Origin: Vicugna vicugna
Taxonomy: Eukaryota
Assembly (NCBI GenBank): GCA_013265495.1
Contig: MU058844.1
Location: forward strand, 5,000,344-5,064,343
DNA: 64,000 nt
Direction of reading: 5' to 3'
Shown: positions 51,201 to 63,730 of the stretch, piece by piece
Layout of the letters: each line of letters starts with the position of its first letter
How positions within the stretch are numbered: the stretch's first letter is position 1
The notes under the pieces: generated by a model
Told to the model about the DNA's origin: nothing
Databases searched by the model: none
What the model saw: the letters and a program-made list of their open reading frames with translations, nothing else
Made by a program: the position numbers and the translations under genes

Positions 51201-51700
51201 AAGTTACCATAAAGCATATTGCTGCTTCTTTGTTATCAGTGCATAAACTATTATACCTGTGAGTAAATATGAATTTCTTTTTTGTATTATCTTTTTATTT
51301 TTTATATCTAGTGTTAGTAATACGTATAAAATATCTACAGTGTTTTGTAGCATATAGGGAAATACTGATGTAGGTACTGACAGACAATTCATCTTGTAAA
51401 CAGATGATGTAAACTTGCAGTCTTGATAAATACAGTACAGTACTGTAAATGTGTTTTTTCTTAAGATTTTCTTAATAACATTTCTTTTCTCTAGTGTACT
51501 TATAAGAATTTAGTATATAATACATGTAACATGCAAAACATGTGTTAACCAATGGTTTTGTCATTGGTAAGATTTTTGGTAAAGAGTAGGCAGGTAGGCT
51601 GTTAGTAGTTACGTTTTTGGGGGATTCAGAAGTTATATGCAGATTTTCAACTGTGCAGGTGTGGACACCCCTAACCTCCGTGTTGTTCAATGTTCAAATA
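48288..51700 (+). mobile_element. Near full-length Tigger2-group (Tigger2f-sized, ~3.41 kb) pogo-like DNA transposon
   Basis: TA then left TIR cagttgactgttgaacaaca; right TIR tgttgttcaatgttcaaata followed by (TA)n; internal transposase. Confidence 0.92.
48870..50520 (+). pseudogene. Decayed Tigger/pogo transposase (CENP-B-like HTH + DDE domain)
   Basis: Fragments SAPKKQRKVTALEEKV, GKGWCDNFRKGFG...TGEAASVD, QVFNADESTLFW, LPSNSMSLIQTLD and an acidic tail, broken by stops and frameshifts. Confidence 0.92.
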
Positions 51701-51899
51701 TATATATATATATATGATTGGTTCCATTATTCTGAAGGATGTTATTGAAATACTAATAACTTTAGTATTAAATAAATTATTTATCAGGAGTGACTCATCA
51801 TCTGTCAGTTTGATACCTGCTTTATTATTAGACTTGTAGGTCGTAGACCTGGCCGTCTCATAAGGAACTGCCAAAGGGAGATGCAATACTGTTAAAATT

Positions 51900-52320
51900 G
51901 TCTCAGTATAAAATCTAATTGTAACACGTAAGGCCCTTTAGAGTCTAGCCTCTGTCTTATTCTATAACCTTATTTCTATTCTCTCTCTACAAGCACCCTC
52001 TTATTCCTGCAGTACTGAACTACTTAGAGATCCTCAAATGTGCTGTGTCTTTATTGCTTTTTCATTGCTTCACGCCTTACTCAGTCTGCAGACTTGCTCC
52101 ATAGTGAGCAATTCCCATACATCAGCCTGGATACATCCAGTACCCAGCCTGATCTAAAGACTTACCTCTTCTAGAACATCTTTGACTCCTACACATTCTT
52201 TGTGCCATTTTTGTTTAATTTCCCTTTTTTAAGTTCCTGCAATACTTTTTGCATACTTCTGTCACATGGTACATAGGCTGCTGGGATCAGTTTTGTCTCC
52301 CCATTATGTAACTATGAGAT
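51900..52320 (+). mobile_element. L2 LINE fragment
   Basis: aaggccctttagagtctagcctctg...ctgaactacttagagatcctcaaatgtgc...ttacctcttctagaacatctttgact. Confidence 0.6.
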
Positions 52321-52769
52321 TTGTAAGGTTAGCTTAACAAACTACAATAGTAATAATATATAACAAACTATCCCAAAACTCAGTAGTCTACAGTGACATA
52401 TATTCTTTTACCCAGAAGGAAAAAGAAGTGAGTGGTTGAACAAATATGTTCTCCACTAGGAGTTTATAAAATGTCCTATTGTTCAGCCAACAATTAATAT
52501 GAGAGTTCATAAACTGTTGCTTATTTGGAAAAGGTAAAATCATTTTTAACTGTGGTTTTGACTTAAATGTTCTATTACATATACTTTTATTATTTTTATA
52601 ATAATAGCAACCCTAATTATAATTAAGTAAATTTTATCAGCATGTTTTCTGTAATTATTAAATAATTGTTTTTCCTCCTTTCATCCATTATGTGGTAAAT
52701 TGATTCTAGTGTCAAAACACAGTTAAGTTATTGGGGTAAGTCCACATTTATCAGCACACATTTTCTTTA

Positions 52770-53420
52770 TGTTGCTATAACTATTTTAGTTTGGACAAAT
52801 GTAAAATGGCATGTATCCACCATTACAGTAGCATACAGAATAGTTTTATTTTCATAAAAATTCTCTGTACTTCCTATTTATTTGTCCCTCCCCTCATAAT
52901 TTTGGCTACCACTGATCAAATTACTGTCCCCATAATTCTGCCTTTCCAGAATGTCATATCATTGGAATAAGACAGTATGTAGCCTTTTTAGATAATGCAT
53001 TTACTTTGTAATACAAATTTAAATTTCCTCCATGTTTTTTTCATGGCTTGATAGCTCATTTCCTTTTAGCATGAATAATACTCAATTGGCCAATGTACCA
53101 CAGTTTATTTATCCTTTCACCTACTGAAGGACATTTTGTTTGCTTCTTAGTTTTGGCAACTATTAATAAAGCTGCTACAATATACATATGCAGGTGTGGT
53201 TTTCATAAATTTTCAATTTATGTGAATTAAATACCAAGAAACAAAGTTGTGGATAGTATGGTAAGAGTGTTTAGTTTCTATAAGAATCTTTCTTTCATAG
53301 TGGCTGTACCATTTTGCATTATCACAGACAATACATGAGAGTTCCTGTTGCTCCACATCTTCACCACTGTTTGGTGTCATCAGTGTTTTGAATTTTAGCT
53401 ATTGTAATAGATATAGGCTG
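52770..53420 (-). mobile_element. L1MC1-like 3' fragment within older L1-like sequence
   Basis: tttggacaaatgtaaaatggcatgtatccaccattacagtagcatacagaatagtt...gcctttccagaatgtcatat...gagagttcctgttgctccacatcttcacca. Confidence 0.85.
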
Positions 53421-53799
53421 ATATCTCCTCTTTGTTTTAATTTCCATTTAGACTATTGGCTTTTATATTTTTTGTTCATTGTACAGTTCTTATCTGGTTT
53501 TGAAGTAAGAATTATAAAAATTTTACAAAACAATTTGGAGAACATTTCTTTCTTTTTATTCTCTGGAAAAGTTAGAAAATGATTTTAATTATTTTAGATG
53601 TTTTTCTTCCAAATAAAATTTTGTTGGATAAATTTAATACAATCTAAATATTTTAATCATATTTGCTTTCTTAACTGGAAAGCTTGTAGATTTTCATTAA
53701 TTTTAATTACTAATAGTTTTATTTTTATTCATCTCTACTTATTTTTGTTTTTTATTCATTCTGATTTATTTTTTGGAGAGGGCACATTTTTTTCTGCAT

Positions 53800-54486
53800 A
53801 GCCTGTCACTTTAAAAGGATTGTTACATGTTAAGTAAATAAGTAAAACAAGGTGTAAAGTTTTGTGACATGGAAAAAATCATGAAATTCAAATTTCATTG
53901 ATGCAGTTATAAGTCCAAAGCATTTTAAGTGCACATGTGATTGCCATAGTGGGACTTTCTGTTTTTATTTTTTGTAGCCAGTTCATGCTCAGCATGTCAA
54001 AACAGAAAAGAAAAGTGAACTTCAAATATGTTGATTGATATTTAGACACAGTAGAGTGTGGATTATTATCAAATTAGATAGCAAAGCATTATGTTTATTA
54101 TTCAATAACATTATAGTGTGCTAAATAAATAAAATACACATAAACATTATAACTCTAAGTACCCACCACAATATCTGCAACCCAGGAAAGCAACAATCAT
54201 AAATATCAGAAAATTTAAAATGAAATATTTCACCACAGCTGAATGAAAATGAGGCTGTAACCAAAGTAAGTTTCCAAATGGATCAGTTGTTGGTATCAGT
54301 ATTTGGGACTGCCTATCTGTGTGAAAATCATTTTCAAATATGAAATTGGAAAAATCTCATTACAGATGAGCATTAGCAGATGCACATTTGCAATCAGTCT
54401 GGGTGATAGAGAACACTAACTTTGAACTCTAATTAAGCAAAATAATCCCCCCAAGTTTCAATTTTTCTCAATATCAGATCTCTTGT

Positions 54487-54520
<34 letters not shown>

Positions 54521-54720
54521 CCCCACCCCTGTACATCACATACACACAATCATTGTCAATCACTACTTAATTGGAATTTCATCAATTAAAACATTTGTGG
54601 AAATGTTAACTCTCTTGTTACATAGGCATCTACACAGTATCCACTGCTTTGCCTCTCAGCCTACAAAGTCTAAAAGATTTCCTGTCTGGCTCTTCACTGA
54701 ATAAGTTTACCAATACCTGT
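53800..54720 (+). mobile_element. Internally deleted hAT-Charlie element (Cheshire/MER58-related) with transposase remnants
   Basis: atgtcaaaacagaaaagaaaagtgaacttc (MSKQKRKVNF), gtatttgggactgcctatctgtgtgaaaat (FGTAYLCE, hAT dimerisation motif), MER58-type end cctacaaagtctaaaagatttcctgtctggctcttcactgaataagtttaccaatacctg. Confidence 0.75.
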
Positions 54721-55455
54721 CTAAAGTACATAAAATATTACTTTCTGCCAAGCAATATTTTTGTGCTACCAAATTTCAATATTTTAATTCTGTAGTTAAT
54801 TCTGTAGGTGTTTTTAACTCACAGATTAGGTATCTTTTTATTATTGATTTATAAATCTTTAAAAATTTAGACATAACCACATGTTTTCTAGTATCATTGC
54901 TACTATTCCTTCTAATGTCTCAGACTTTCCTTTCTTGACCCTTTTCCTTCTTCCTGAAGTTTATCATTTAGAAAGATTTTTAGGGAGGATTCAGTTTTGG
55001 CTCTTATTTATTTTGCCTTTATTCCTAACAGATAATTTTGCTGGGTATACTTTGAAGTTATTTCCATTCAGTATGGGGAAATAACATTCCTGTTGTCTCT
55101 GGACTTCTACTATGGCTGTTGAAAATTCTGCCATTCTGCCCTGTGCTCCCAGATACCCAGATGGTTTCTAACAATCAAAATACTAATTACCAAGCTAGAG
55201 TATACACCATAGCTAATTTTAATAATAACCTAATTCTTAGGCCATAAATGATTTAATATTCTCAACTCCAACATACCTTGATCTCCTTTTAATTTTTTTT
55301 CAATATTTTTAATCTGAGCTATAGAGAAACTCACTTTTCCTTTGTTCATTCACATCCATAGGTGACTTAATTGGATTACTCAAATGAAAACATTGCAACC
55401 CATTTTCAGATACCTTGTTCCATTTTATTCTGGGAACCATCCCATGTTAGATAGT

Positions 55456-55938
55456 TGTGATAGACTGTATTTTTCAAAAATTGTTGCAATGATACTGCTC
55501 ACGACCTGCTTGTCTTATATTGTGACTTTGACCCTTCCTTTTGAACGTGAATGTGCTTGTGGGATTATGACAGATACGATGCTATGGTTTCTGAGCTTAG
55601 GTCATAAAAGTGATAGAGTATCTGCCTTGCTTATTCGGGTGCTCATTATTGGATCCCAGCCAGAGTGAGGAAGTCCTGTAGCCACAGGGAGAGGATACAT
55701 GCAGATGTTCCAGTTGAGAAACCAGTTGAGATTTCTGGTGATGATATCAACCACCAGGCAGAGGGAGTCTTTAGATACTTTCAGCCCAAGTCACTGAGTC
55801 ACCCCCCAGCAGGTGATGTCCTGTGGAGCAGAGATAGGCTGTTCGTTGAACTCTGCCAAAACAGCAAAATTAATCTTTATCATTTTAAGCCAGTATGTTA
55901 GGGGGTCCTTTGTTACCCTGCCACCAATAAATAGAATA
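55456..55938 (+). mobile_element. MaLR solo LTR (MLT1G-like)
   Basis: tgtgatagactgtatttttcaaaaat...ttctgagcttaggtcataaaag...atcaaccaccagg...gtggagcagagataggctg...ttttaagcca. Confidence 0.8.
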
Positions 55939-56059
55939 GTTATTATTTTCATTAATTTAAACAAAAATGGTGGGAGTTTTAGAATTAAATTAATTGATTT
56001 TTCCAGCTTTTACATGGTAACTGAGTAAAGATACAGGATTCAATGTGAAATTTTAAATT

Positions 56060-56270
56060 CTACAAGCTTTATTTATATTAAATTTTAATATTTCATATAG
56101 GACCCCAATAAGATACATGCTGCTATTGTCCCCAGTACACTGATGACAAATGGAGCATAGCGATCTTAAGGCAAATTATCCAAATTTGCGCAGATTGTAA
56201 GTGGCCGTGGACCAGATTCAAACCTGACAGTCTCCCTCTCAAATATGCTTTCATAACCATTATACAATCA
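56060..56270 (-). mobile_element. MIR SINE
   Basis: attgtccccagtacactgatgacaaatggagc...gtaagtggccgtggaccagattcaaacctgacagtct. Confidence 0.65.
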
Positions 56271-56924
56271 GGCTTTTTGACCCCTTCCTCTTCCCACTAC
56301 TCCATGTCATTTTGACAGCTCCATAATTGTAAAACTTTAAGGAAGGAGTTGAGTTATACACTCTAATACTTGGTTTAGTGGTCTGAAAAGAGCCACAGTT
56401 CCTCTCTGCTAACAAACACACATACAATCAAAATATGTGCATGGGTTTCAGAGAATTACAGGACTGCTTGAAGCCAAAAGTTTTAAATGAGTTTAGGAAA
56501 CTCATAATCTCTTCTTTACACTATAAGTGGACATTTAGATTTCTAATGTGAAGGCAACAGAAGGAAATTTACAGTGTAATGATGAAAAATAAAGAAATGG
56601 ATGAATTATTGTAAGCAAAGCAGAGATAAGATGAAAATCAATTTAGCTTTATTAAGATGCATTAGATAGTTCTCCAGTCTGCGTAATCATTATGGGTAAC
56701 CTCCTCATTTTTCTAACATAAGTTTATTGGAGGAATGCCCTTTGATAATGCACCTGGATCTAATTTCTTCTTTATAGTAAAAGATTAGCATCCAGTATTA
56801 ATTAGGTCTCTGAGGATCCAGGCCTTAGGCCCAAACATTGATATTTAATAGAATTCAAATAATAAGTTGACATCTACAGTGTTTAGGTACAGTGAGAATA
56901 TGTAGATTTAAAAAAAAATGATTT

Positions 56925-57170
56925 TATAATGGTTAGGGAAACATGTGTGAGAGTGAGGCTACTGGGTTTGAAATGAGGCTATTGGCCACTTACTACCTGT
57001 GCAAATTTGGAAAATTTTCTTATGTCTGTGCCCTAGCTTTGTCATCAGTGAAATGAGAATAAATAGCATTCCATATCTTATTGAAGCCCAGTATGAAATT
57101 AAGCAATTTCATAAAATTTCTACAGTAAACCCTGACAGATAATAGGTTATCAATAAATGATACCTAACTT
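56925..57170 (+). mobile_element. MIR SINE
   Basis: actgggtttgaaat...gccacttactacctgtg...tctgtgccctagctttgtcatcagtgaaatgagaataaatagc...tcaataaatg. Confidence 0.75.
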
Positions 57171-59131
57171 TGTATGTGTGTGTATCCTGAAATAAGCTTG
57201 TAATATAATCCTGTAACTTCACAATTATTGCTTTTTATTTCAGTTATACAACCAGTTTTAAACTCCTTATTTTTTAATGTAACAGATAAGATGCAGAATT
57301 TTATTTTGCTACCCATGAAAGCCCAGCAATTATTATGATTTTCTTTCTATCAGATCCATTGGCAAGGGAAAAGGTACAGAGTTAAAGTAAGGCACAGAGA
57401 CATCTTTTCTTTGAGTGAGGTTGTTCAAACTGTGTGCAGAACAATTGTATCAAGCTAGCAATAAAACCCAATGTTTACTAGTTATGGCTACACAGTTCAG
57501 ACTGTTGAATTATAAAGTAGCAATAGAAGGTCTACATGGGTATGCTGATAGGCTAAGATGCAGAATGTAGGTCTCTAACATATGTTTAAATCCTCTGGTA
57601 GATGCAGAATTATCTAGAAACACAAGAATACATAAACAAACACACATATATACAGGAGACATCTCATTTTCAACTGCCAATTGAATCTAATATGAGTAGG
57701 AATATCATTCTATTACCACAAAGTGAAATTGCATTGCACTTCTCTTTCTTAGCAGCTGGCTAATTCAATCAGAGCACATAGATTTTTCATCAGTTTTTAA
57801 TTTGCTTAATTTTTGTGAGCTGGTGGTTTAGAAAATTTCCCATTTTTCAACCCTAAAACTGTAGGGATAAGGCTGTGTGCTATTCTTTCTCTGTGTCATT
57901 TTCATTTTAATATAGATTTTATAGTTCATTACCTGTCAATCAGTTTTAAATGGCACAGTATTCATTTTATCATGTTCTGTAAAACTGTTTTATGCTTCTT
58001 TCAATGTCTTACATTCATTTTAGACTGAGCCCTATTTATTTCTCTAAGAGCCTTAGCCATCTGTAGCTGTGCACATTTGAACTTGTATTTATTTTAGCAA
58101 ATGCAATATTTTGCTTTATGTGGTATATTCATTTAGAATATTTATTCAAGCAAGTGAATGCCGAGGAAGCAGCACTGTGTAAAATGCTTTATCTGTGACA
58201 AGCCATTTTATGCCCTCTGTTTTTATTTCTCTCAAACTTTCAGGGATATAATTTCAAAAACAACTTAAGGTGTTGACACAGTGTACTTCTTCACCTAATT
58301 CTATGTAATTTAATAAAACATATTTACATAATTAACATTCATACCACCAGGGCAAACAAACATATATTTTTAGCCTCAAAATTTTCATATAAATTAACAC
58401 TTAAATATGTAACAATAGAAAATGATGTATTTTTTAAAATCAAGAACTATCTTTTTTTATCTAGTTTTGTTCCTTTTTTCCACTGTCACATGTTTCCTTC
58501 ATTTGACAGCTTTCTCTTCATTAAATAGATATCAGCTTTATTTCTCCTTCTTTAACTAGGAAATACTAAAAAGGCTTTGAGTGTTAAAACATTATATACA
58601 TCATAAATCAAACAAGAAAAGTTAGAAAATATTCCCTCAGGAACTAATTAGTACAGGTACAATTTTACTGAGGGAACTTATTTTGACTTTTGACTATTAA
58701 ATTATGTAAGAAACAATTTAAGAAGAAGATACTTTCTTAGAACATACCAATTTTTTTCCATCACCTTATTTGGAAACTAATTTCACGTTATAACAATAAT
58801 TTGTGTAGAGTGCTGGTAAACCAACTGCCTAGAGAAGCAAACAAACAAATCCTGACTTACAGCATTGGTAGAGTTCTACAGCGTAAATTTTCCCAGCATT
58901 GTCAATTTAAAGGCACCAACATATAAATAATCTGCTCTTTTGTACTGAAAACCCGGCTCAGGACACCACTGCTTCCTACTATTTAATTTAAAATTTCTGT
59001 ATGTGCAAGTTAATTCATCTAGGACAAAAAGAATTACCTCCTCACTACCCTCGATGTCCTCAGCGTTTTCTTTTAACCAAATAACTAATTTTTCCTTGCA
59101 AAATTCACACAACACACTGTCTCTCATACAC

Positions 59132-59468
59132 TTTTTTCTTTTGTTTTTTAAATTTTTTTGCCTCAGTTTGATCTTTTTTTAAATTGAAGTATAGTTGATT
59201 TACAATGTTGTGTTAGTTTCTGGTGTACAGCATAGTGATTCAGTTTTATATATATATATATATATAAAACTTTTCATATTCTTTTTCATTATAGGTTATT
59301 ACAAGGTATTGAATATAGTTCCCTGTGCTATACAGTAGGACCTTGCTGTTTATCTGTTTCGTATATAGTAGTTAGTATCTGCAAATCCCAAACTCCCAAT
59401 TTATCCCTCCACCCCTCTTCCCACTCCCATAAGCACAAGTTTGTTTTCTATTTCTGGATCTGTTTCTG
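59132..59468 (-). mobile_element. Short L1 3'UTR insertion with a TSD and a short 3' extension
   Basis: L1 3'UTR at 59174-59468; TSD TCTCA(T/C)ACAC+T-tract at 59122-59136 and 59469-59483. Confidence 0.9.
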
Positions 59469-60882
59469 TCTCACACACTTTTTGCAACACACTTGCCATC
59501 CTCACTTTGCTTTTTCTCACCCTTCATATACTGAGTGGCCGATCTTCCTCCTTAGTCCACGGTTTTCCCTCTTTGCAAAGTTCATTGCTAAGCTTGCTAC
59601 TTCCTTGAAAACATTCCAGAGAGTTATATTCAGTCTACTTCCCGAGTCACTTTAGGCTTTCCATGCTTTATTTTTTTCTTATCCCTTTAAAATACGAGCA
59701 TTTTTGTATCTCAGTACAACTAATTAATGCTTATAACTTTGTTGCATGGTTATATTTATGTATAATAAAAATAGAATTCTGTTTGAGGCTTTAGTCTGTA
59801 GCAATATGATACATGCTTATACCTTTATATGTAAATTTTAATCTGTTCTGCTTTTGTTTCTTGGATGAAAACTTCTTACAGCAAGTATTCCTCAGCTAGA
59901 ACTCTTCTAAACCTGAAGTCTAATACTGTGTACATAGGGTAATTCTTAAAAATTGCCCTTCTCTAAGTGCATCTTTAAAGTGGTCTTTACCAGGCTAGGA
60001 AACTGTGCCATTCATAAATCTCCTTCCTGCACATTTGGGGGTTTTCAGCTCTGTATTATCTATCAACTTTACTTAAGTTCCCTGGAAAAATTAATGATGT
60101 TTCCAAAGTAAACCTTTGACTTTCATCATTTTATTACCTTCTTGAAATTCTGAACTTCTGTTTTCCTGTTTATTGTGAATTTTATCTTTGTAACAGACAT
60201 TAAGGGAGGGGAGCACCAAAAGTTTAATTATTTGATAATTCGGTTCCAAGAGACAAGATTAATACCAATGAAACAGCTAAGTAATACTGCATGTTTATCT
60301 TTTTATTCCAAAACATGTGGTGAAAATAGAATGTATCAATTGTACTTTGTTCAGTTTTGTCTTACCCAAAGTAGACTTTCATATTTTTCCAAATAAAATG
60401 TTTTCTCTTTCAAGAGATGCACTTTCGGTAAAAACAGCTTGAAAAACTACTGGCCCAAAATACGTGGTCGGTAGGGGAAGCTGAGAGGCTTGTAAAATGC
60501 AAATTGAGTAAGCGGTCGGAAGCAGCCCTGAGTTAGGAGAAATGCCACAAGTATTTGGAGGCTCTTAACATAGGGGGATAATAAGCAATTACAGAAACGA
60601 AGCTGACTACCTGCTTCATGTCTTTGGGATGAGTTGTTCTATTGGGCCTATAAGAACCATACAGAAAGCCAACATCAGTAGATTTCAGCATTTGCTACTG
60701 GGAATACATCAAGCCAAAAGCTATAGGGAAAGATCTTGAGATTTAACAGTGAAAGGAGCAATCCAGCTGACATTCTTCTCCTCTGAAAGGAGGTCACAGA
60801 GTTAGGAGGACAAAGTATACACAGGTCCTACAGATCCGATGTTAAATTTGGGGGTCACCATTTACTAGCTGTGTGATCTCGA

Positions 60883-61099
60883 TAGATTGCTTGATAATAT
60901 GTAAGACACACATTTGAATTTGAATTTCAGTTCTCCGGTAGATAACTGTTCAGTATAAGAAGGTCCCAAAGATTGCAGAGAATATACTTGCACTAGTATT
61001 ATATATATATTTATGTATATATGTAGACATTCATTGTATATCTGAAATTCAAATTTACCTGGGCAGTCTGTATTTTTATTTGATAAATCTTGCAACTCT
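60883..61099. mobile_element. MER53 palindromic hAT MITE inserted in a MIR (MIR parts at about 60860-60880 and 61100-61265)
   Basis: aatttgaatttcag ... ctgaaattcaaatt inverted arms; central gtcccaaagattgcagagaatatactt; end ttttatttgataaatcttgcaactct. Confidence 0.85.
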
Positions 61100-62324
61100 C
61101 CACCTAGGTGAGTTACATAATATCTCTGTCTCATTTGTCTCATCTACAGTGAAGTAGTAATAATCGTAACAAATGGCACAGAAGTTATAAGAATACACAC
61201 ACACACACACACACACAATGTAAAAATATTTGCACAGTACCAGGTACAAGGGAGTTTTTATAATTCTTACTTAAGCAAGCTCTATTCTTGGTATGTAATC
61301 TTAAAGGGACTTAATTTTTTTTCCTTTTCCATCTTTATGTTCTCCGAGGCTACCTCTTCTACATACTTTTGATAAATTCTAGGCACATTCCATCACTGTG
61401 TTATCAATTCATGGTAGCATTTCTCTGGGCAGTAATTAAATATCAATTTTCATTTAATAGTCTTGATATAGCTTTTAATTTAAAGATGAGACCACTCTCC
61501 TTCTCCAGCTTAGTTCTGCCTTAGGTAGAAGAGCTGAGTATTGTGGAAATTTTTTTCATCACCTATTTTTTTCCTAATCCTTTTCTCCCAGCTTGCAAAC
61601 CCTGGTTTCTGACAAAACTAAGATATGTGTAATGGGACTTAGGGACAAGATGTGGGAACGTCTAGGAAAGAAAAGAAAAGAGGAATGTGAAAGATCTTAC
61701 TTGACTGGTTACTGCAATGTTATGTGTCTGTTATCTGGATCTATCGTTGATAGTCTCTATGCTTGGGAGATATTTAAAGTGATTACTTCTCTCATGACCA
61801 CTTTCATAGACTGTTTGCCACCATCACCCTCAAAAAATTGTATATCCATACCAGCAGGTCCACGACTCCCTCTTCAGTCCCTTATTTTATCTGCACATCT
61901 TATTTTAATGGTGTAAAAGTTAATATTATTGAGACAAAAATCACCTACTAAGTTCAAGATCTGAGGATCATTATTTAATGAAATGCTATGCTATAAAATG
62001 TGCATCTTATTTTAAATAACATTCATTATACTTTTTCTTTTGCTTAAGACTAATCACTTATAAGAAGTGTTTCATTCATCTTTAAAAAGCATAAGTAGTG
62101 ATTGTTTCTTAATGACACATTTTTGATATATTTCATCTATGCTAAAAAAGAGAGTAAAGTCATAAAGTTTGTTATATGATATTCACTTAATTCAGTTTCA
62201 CTTCTTGACTTGCATTACTCTTGAAGTGGAAATTTCAACTTCTAGTTACCCAGACTAGGAATTGAGGTCCTGAAACCTAAAGAATAGGTGAGTTTAATTA
62301 ATTTAAACAAAAGACTAGGGACAT

Positions 62325-63134
62325 ATGTCTTCTGAGCTGTTTTAACTCACAACACTTCTGACACCAAATGTGTGTTCATTTTTCTTCATCCAACATCCAG
62401 TTTTCCCATTCTCTTAACACCAACATTCAGTTCAGTTCCAACACTTTGAGGAGTTAGTGCAGACCCCACAGGTTAGGGGCACAGTCCCATTGACTGCCCT
62501 TACTTCAGATGATAATAACGAACCTTGGTCACCCATAATTGGGTGTAACTGGCTGTAAAGTTGAGTGGTTCCCAGAACCTACTCCTCAGATTTGATAAGT
62601 TGCTAGAACTGCTCACAGAACTCAGGAAGGCACTTGACTATAATGGTTTATTGTAAAGGACACAATCCAGGAACAGCCAAATGGAGAAGATGCATAGGAC
62701 AAGGTATGGAGGCAGGGATGCACCGTGCATCCTCTCCAGGCATGTCACCCTCCTAGCTCCTCAGTGTGTTCACTACCCAGAAGCTCTCTAAACACCATTG
62801 TTTACGTTGGTCCCATTATGTAGGCATGATTGATTAAGTCATTGGCTATTGATAATTGGACTCAACCTCCAGCCCCTCTCCCTTCCTCATATACCTGCAG
62901 GTGGTGCTAAAAGTTCCAAACTTTTAATCACATGGTTGATTCCTGTAGCAACCAGCCCCCATCCTGAAGGTATCTAGGAGCCCACCAAGAGTCCCTTTAT
63001 TACTATCAATTCAGATATGGTGGAAAGAAGCTCCATATGAATAAGAAAAGATGTTCCTGTCACCAAAGATCTTAGAAACTCTGTGTCAGGAACTGGGGAC
63101 AAAGACCAAATATATATTTCCTATTATCACCCAC
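62325..63134 (-). mobile_element. MER21-like LTR
   Basis: cacaacacttctgacaccaaatgtgtg...gttagtgcagaccccacaggtta...ctcacagaactcaggaa...ggaactggggacaaagaccaaatatatattt. Confidence 0.88.
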
Positions 63135-63135
63135 A

Positions 63136-63490
63136 TGTCCTGGTCAGCTCAGTCTACTATAACAAAATACCAAAGACTGGGTGGCTTAACAACAGGGCAT
63201 GTATTTCTCACAGTTCTAGGCAGAACAAGATCAATGTGGTGGCCGATTTGTTTTCTGGTGAAACTCTCTTGGCTTGGACTGCTGCCTTCTCACTGTGTCC
63301 TTACATGATGGAGAGAGAGAGAGAGAGCCACCTGGCCTCCTCCTCTTACAAGGAAAATAATCGCATTATGGAGGTCCCACCATCATGACCTTATCTAAAT
63401 CTAATCAACTCCTAAAAGTCCTAACTACAAATACAATCCTGTTGAGGGTTAAGGCTTCAACACATGAATCTTTGCAGGGACACAAAGAAA
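63136..63490 (-). mobile_element. MaLR solo LTR (MLT1A0-like)
   Basis: ctataacaaaataccaaagactgggtggcttaacaacag...tatttctcacagttctagg...catgaccttatctaaatctaatca...ggcttcaacacatgaat. Confidence 0.88.
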
Positions 63491-63639
63491 TTCTCAATAT
63501 GTCAGAGCATGAATAAATGTCTTCCAGATTTTCAGTTTGATCTCTTCTTATAATCAAAGCCACCCAGGGAATCTGATAGAAAGGTAAACAACTTAGATTA
63601 CCTATTCCTTTACTTCATCCCTCTTGAAAAAAAGAACAA

Positions 63640-63730
63640 TGTTTATTCTTATTAAGTATTTACTGACTAAATGCAGGCATATAAGTAAGAAAGTGTGAAT
63701 GAATGAATGAATAAACGAATGAATGAAAAG
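63640..63730 (+). mobile_element. L2 3' tail with (TGAA)n
   Basis: caggcatataagtaag...tgaatgaatgaatgaataaacgaatgaatgaa. Confidence 0.65.

Noticed and set aside
57353..57380. Possible + strand mini-exon ATCCATTGGCAAGGGAAAAG after a good acceptor
   Set aside because: 20 nt (frame-shifting) with a weak GTACAG donor; consistent with chance.
58861..59018. Minus-strand segment with a good acceptor (ttctttttgtcctag) and a GTAAGT donor, overlapping the 83-aa ORF 58876-59127
   Set aside because: All three frames contain stops within the 158-nt segment and the peptide is unrecognisable; a non-coding exon cannot be excluded.
60440..60800. CpG-containing patch with octamer ATGCAAAT (60497-60504); considered as an snRNA-type promoter or retrocopy
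   Set aside because: No recognisable PSE, RNA gene, ORF, poly(A) tail or TSD; at most a weak enhancer candidate.
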